Part shown: positions 59,611 through 64,000 of the stretch, in pieces | How positions within the stretch are numbered: position 1 is the stretch's first letter | Layout: each line of letters starts with the position of its first letter | Assembly: GCA_964016885.1 (NCBI GenBank) | Contig: OZ024759.1 | Location: 24,676,001-24,740,000, forward strand | Length of the DNA: 64,000 bases | Source: Eledone cirrhosa | Lineage: Eukaryota | Direction: 5' to 3' | Translations under genes and position numbers: made by a program | Notes under the pieces: generated by a model | The model's input: only the letters and a program-made list of their open reading frames with translations | Databases searched by the model: none | Told to the model about the DNA's origin: nothing

Positions 59611-60430
59611 ATGTGCATGGATACTTGGGGCGTAAAACACAGACCATAGAGGGGATAAACCACTCAAAAAGCCTGGCATGGAGTTCCGACAAGTTTATGA
59701 CATCACACCTTGAGGGATATCTCTATGCAATACAGGAACAAGAACTCCCTACCAAATATCTGCTGCACAAAAGAGGAGGGCCAGCAGCTGACAATAAATG
59801 TAGGCTATGTAAAACAAAGATCGAGGATGTAAGCCACATTGTTGCCAGCTGCGAAAGAATGTCATCTCGCTACTACCTCCCCATGAGACACGATGGGATA
59901 GCTAGAACCATCTGGAACGCACTTCGGAAAACAAAATTAACAACAAACGAGGAAGAATATATTGAGACAGATGGCACTAAGGAATACTGGTGGAACCTGA
60001 AAATAAAAACTGCCACCAAATTAAAGCACAACCGGCCTGATATTGTAGTTTGGGACCACACATTGAAAACGTGTTCTGTTGTGGAGATCTGCTGCCCACT
60101 TGATGTAAACGTTGTCAGAAAAATACAGGAGAAGGAGGACATCTACGGACCATTGATGAGGAGTTTACAAATCCAGTATCCAAGATACACCTTTAGCTTC
60201 ATACCCATCATTATTGGTGCTACGGGTTATATACCAACCCGCTTGGACCAAAGTATGACTGAACTTGGATTTGCGGACAAAAAGCGCAGCTCCCTAATTC
60301 ATAGTCTGCAAATGGCTGCGATAGCTGGCACCTTCAAAATTTGCAAAACATTCTTGCGATTCAAGGGATGACAATTTCTTTTCTTTTACAACCTTGCCAC
60401 CAGGAAGGTGGCCGGTCAAAAAAATATACT
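59611..60430 (+). mobile_element. R4/Dong-like LINE 3' end: CCHC knuckle plus restriction-like endonuclease, ORF 59613-60371
   Basis: CRLC...H...C, RHD, NRPDIVV...VEICCP...KIQEK, PIIIGATG; uninterrupted frame; (CATA)n both sides. Confidence 0.9.
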
Positions 60431-60545
60431 CGAAATTAAGAGAAAGAGAAAACATAGATACATACATACATACATACATACATACATACATACATACATA
60501 CATACATACAAACACACACACACCTCCCCCCACCCCTATCCCACA

Positions 60546-60578
<33 letters not shown>

Positions 60579-61276
60579 GTTTGTACGTACATATACATAT
60601 ATATTCCAGATAAATAGATAGATATGTTTTCGTTTCTCTTCTCCCTAGCTATTTGACTGATTAGTGAAATACAGGATGTTTCTAATTGCTCAGATATACT
60701 CAACCATTAAGCGAGAATATCCGGTATTAAAGATGCAAATCAACGAAGAGCACATTTCCGAGCTTCCGGTATCAATGGCTTCCACTTCCGTTCTATTTAT
60801 ATATCTAAACTCCTAGTTTGGGGGGTGAAAACTGACAATCAGTCCACTGACACGATAAATTCATCTGCTTGTTATTGTGGATTTCTGTTGATTATAGTTT
60901 TGTGGAGTTTATTTAGAAACAATATTGACAAAAGATCGTAGGCATGGCTGTGTAGGTAAACAAATCGCTTCGCAATCCTGTAGAAAACTAACGGCCACTC
61001 AAGCATTCATGCATGGATGGATGGATGTCTCCTCTCTTCCTGTTTTCCAAGGGAAGGGTGAAATCCTCTATAGCTTGGTACCAGTGACTTCACAGTTATA
61101 TATACATCATATTCGCACTATATTTATACAAGGCATATGATGTCGTAACTCGTAGATACTATACATAATATATATATATATATATATATATATTTAAAAG
61201 TTAAACAAGGTTCAATGAATACATCAAAGAATGAGTTTTAACCATCTACTATGTCAGGGTATGTCATGCATCATCC

Positions 61277-61343
61277 TATTTTATCTGATGAGGACGTACT
61301 GTTAAACTTAACTCAGTAACTCTGAAATATGTATAATAAAATA
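61277..61343 (+). ncRNA. Type I hammerhead motif (F-related)
   Basis: TATTTTAT-CTGATGA-GGACGTACTG...CAGTAACTCT-GAAA-TATGTAT-A-ATAAAATA. Confidence 0.8.
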
Positions 61344-61383
61344 TAATTGATCACAAGAATATCTATTTTGTTAATATTTTGAA

Positions 61384-61501
<118 letters not shown>

Positions 61502-63419
61502 TCAATATATGATGTTCAAGGTAAAGACAAAAGCCGATACAGCTTGGTACCAGTGATGCCGCAATTCATATATACACTATATACACCATATACCCACTAT
61601 ATATACATTTGTATATATATATATATGCATTGCTCATGAAATCCACCCAGTTTATGCTGACCGGTCAACCATGTTGCTTGTTTATTTTCCTATCTTCGGT
61701 TTGCTTTCATCCTTCTATGTTGTTTACTTGTCTCACTCGCTTTACGCGATTTACTTGTCCCAATAGCTTTTTTTAGTTATTGCTCGCACCAACCTGAGGT
61801 ATATGATTTTTAATGCGATGAAATATCAATGATGGTTGGCAAATCACTGACGAGGGACTAATTTTATCATATGTAACCCATGTGCAACCACGCAGTATTC
61901 TTCTTTCTTCTCATGTTTATATATATATATATATATATCCACTATATATGATGTTGTCTCAATGAAAAGCTTGGTACTAGTGACGTCGCAACTCCGGTGG
62001 CCTGGATAAACATAAATCAAATTCACGACCACACGATCGTGACACGAACACTCGAACTACTAAGCCTCCTCTTACACACAACTACTTCCACAACTGAGGC
62101 TGCAGCAAGGTTGCATCTGATGTAAGGATTATTGTGTGTTTAGACGATAGGGGCGCCAGTCCTATCATGAAATGTAACGTGCAATGAAATGTCTTGCTCA
62201 AGAACAGCCCAACTAATAGGCTTTTATCAATATATACGATTGAAGAATTGTGTCGACAGCAAGGGGGACTATGTTGAAAAGTAAACCTTATTTTGGTCAC
62301 ATTCCATGAGAGTATCTCGGTCAGCCTATACTTTTCAGCCGACCCTCGTACACGATGTATTTTTCAATTAGAAAATCTGTTGTGCATATACCCTTTAGCC
62401 TTACATTACTGTACATTTACTATTGTATTTTCATGGTAAACACTTTACTTCGCATTATTATCTCACATAACATAGATTCTACGAGATTTTGCAGCTGATT
62501 ACGGCCGGTTTGGACGGAAAGAGGTTAGAGAATTCTGGTCGTATATGGCCGGTTTAAATGCTAAAGATTTAAGTGAGTTAGTGTAAGATAGAAAAAGAGA
62601 TAAGAAAAACAGGTTAGATTCTTTCAAATCCTTTTGTTCAATTGTTTTTCTTCGAAATTTCAATTGCTCTGAATAAACAGAGCATCTCGTTCAAGGACAC
62701 AACAGACCAGGGTCCTCGTTTGCCTTAAAAATGTGAAGGGGACAAACCAACATTTCTTGATTCTTAAAGGAGCATGTTAGTATTGCTTATTGTGCCTTTC
62801 CAGGACCCTATCACATAAATAAAATTTTACGCTAATTAAATTTTATATATTCAAATGAAGTTAAGATATAAAAAAATAAACTTTGAAAAGAATTTATTAT
62901 TTCAAATAAACAAAAAATAAAATATAGACGTTTGAAAAAGTGGGGTCGGGAACTTGTCCCCTGGTACCCCCCTGAAACAAGGCTCTTGCAACAGGCCACC
63001 AGGAAGCGAACTCCCGGTCTTATGACTGTGGGTCAAACACCCCAACCAGAAAGTCACGCGCCATCAACTCAAGTTGAAGTCCCAGTCTGTCAAAAACTAT
63101 TGCTGTATTGTGTTATCTCCTGATGGATTATTTCCTGTGATTTTTTTTTATAGCAAGTATGTGAATCTCGTTTTAACTTAGTAAGTCTGTGGGAAATTTT
63201 ATTTTTACTACACACCATCCCCGTAGTAACGTATGGAACTTGTTGTCGATATTCCTAGCGTTGATGTTGTTGTTGTTATTGTTGTTGTAGCTTATTCTGT
63301 CGTATCGTAGTCGTTTCAGTTGATTACATTTATCAAATACTACTAAAAATACTAGGGTTCATAATGGCTTATGTATATGTCTATAAAGTATATAATATAT
63401 ACAAACACACACACGCACG

Positions 63420-63454
<35 letters not shown>

Positions 63455-64000
63455 ATGAGAGTGAGAAAGAGAGAGTGTGTGTGTATTATAAAATTGCATT
63501 CGCCAGGGGCTGGTTGAAGAGAAGAGTGGATGCTTTTGTTCCTTCATCTCATGCGTTTCGTTTTTTCTGTGTGCAACTTTGCTATGTGTGTATGCGTGTG
63601 TCCGATTCCCGGGTCGGCTGATGCCTTATGTCCTTGAGCAAGACACTTTATTTCACGTTGCTCCTTCTACCTGGAGTTGCGACCGATAGATAGTATTAGC
63701 AATTGGAAAGACCAACGGAAACATTGTTTTCTCGGTCCGATTTGACGATCGACAAATTTATATATTTTATATATATATATATATATATGTGTGTATGTGT
63801 GTGTTCCACAATGACTCACCCACCCACACCCACACACCATACACACACACACACACAACTGTTCTCTGCAGTTTCTGTCAACCAAATTCCACTCACAAGA
63901 CATTGGTCAACCCGAGGCTTGTCCTGCTGCCCAAGGTGTTGTCACACAGTGAGACTGAACCCAAAACCAAGTGATTGGGAAATGAACTGCTTGACCACAC

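Overview
Eukaryotic, AT-rich non-coding DNA packed with microsatellites ((TA)n, (CA)n, (CATA)n, (GA)n, (CTT)n, (GTG)n). The tRNA-derived SINE families and repeat landscape suggest an octopus/cephalopod genome (inference). Almost all listed ORFs are microsatellite translations, and no intact host gene is evident; two weak minus-strand exon candidates are noted. Real coding remnants are retroelement fragments: a Penelope-like RT, RTE-like, Ingi/Vingi-like, Tx1/L1-like and an R4/Dong-like REL endonuclease. There are also about 20 SINEs, hAT/Tc1/piggyBac MITEs and Helitron-like pieces. The main hidden signal is a dense set of roughly 35 short (60-430 bp) inserts from more than 10 sequence families, mostly sitting in (TA)n tracts. 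Many carry type I hammerhead ribozyme motifs (CUGANGA...GAAA...UH, often with a palindromic stem III, including U3-A8 and U10.1/U11.1 variants) and share a 3' 'actc...ttgagt' hairpin. They are often arranged head-to-head with the junction at the ribozyme. They look like a Penelope-like pLTR / retrozyme system targeting TA microsatellites. All ribozyme calls were folded by eye; none was computed or tested.
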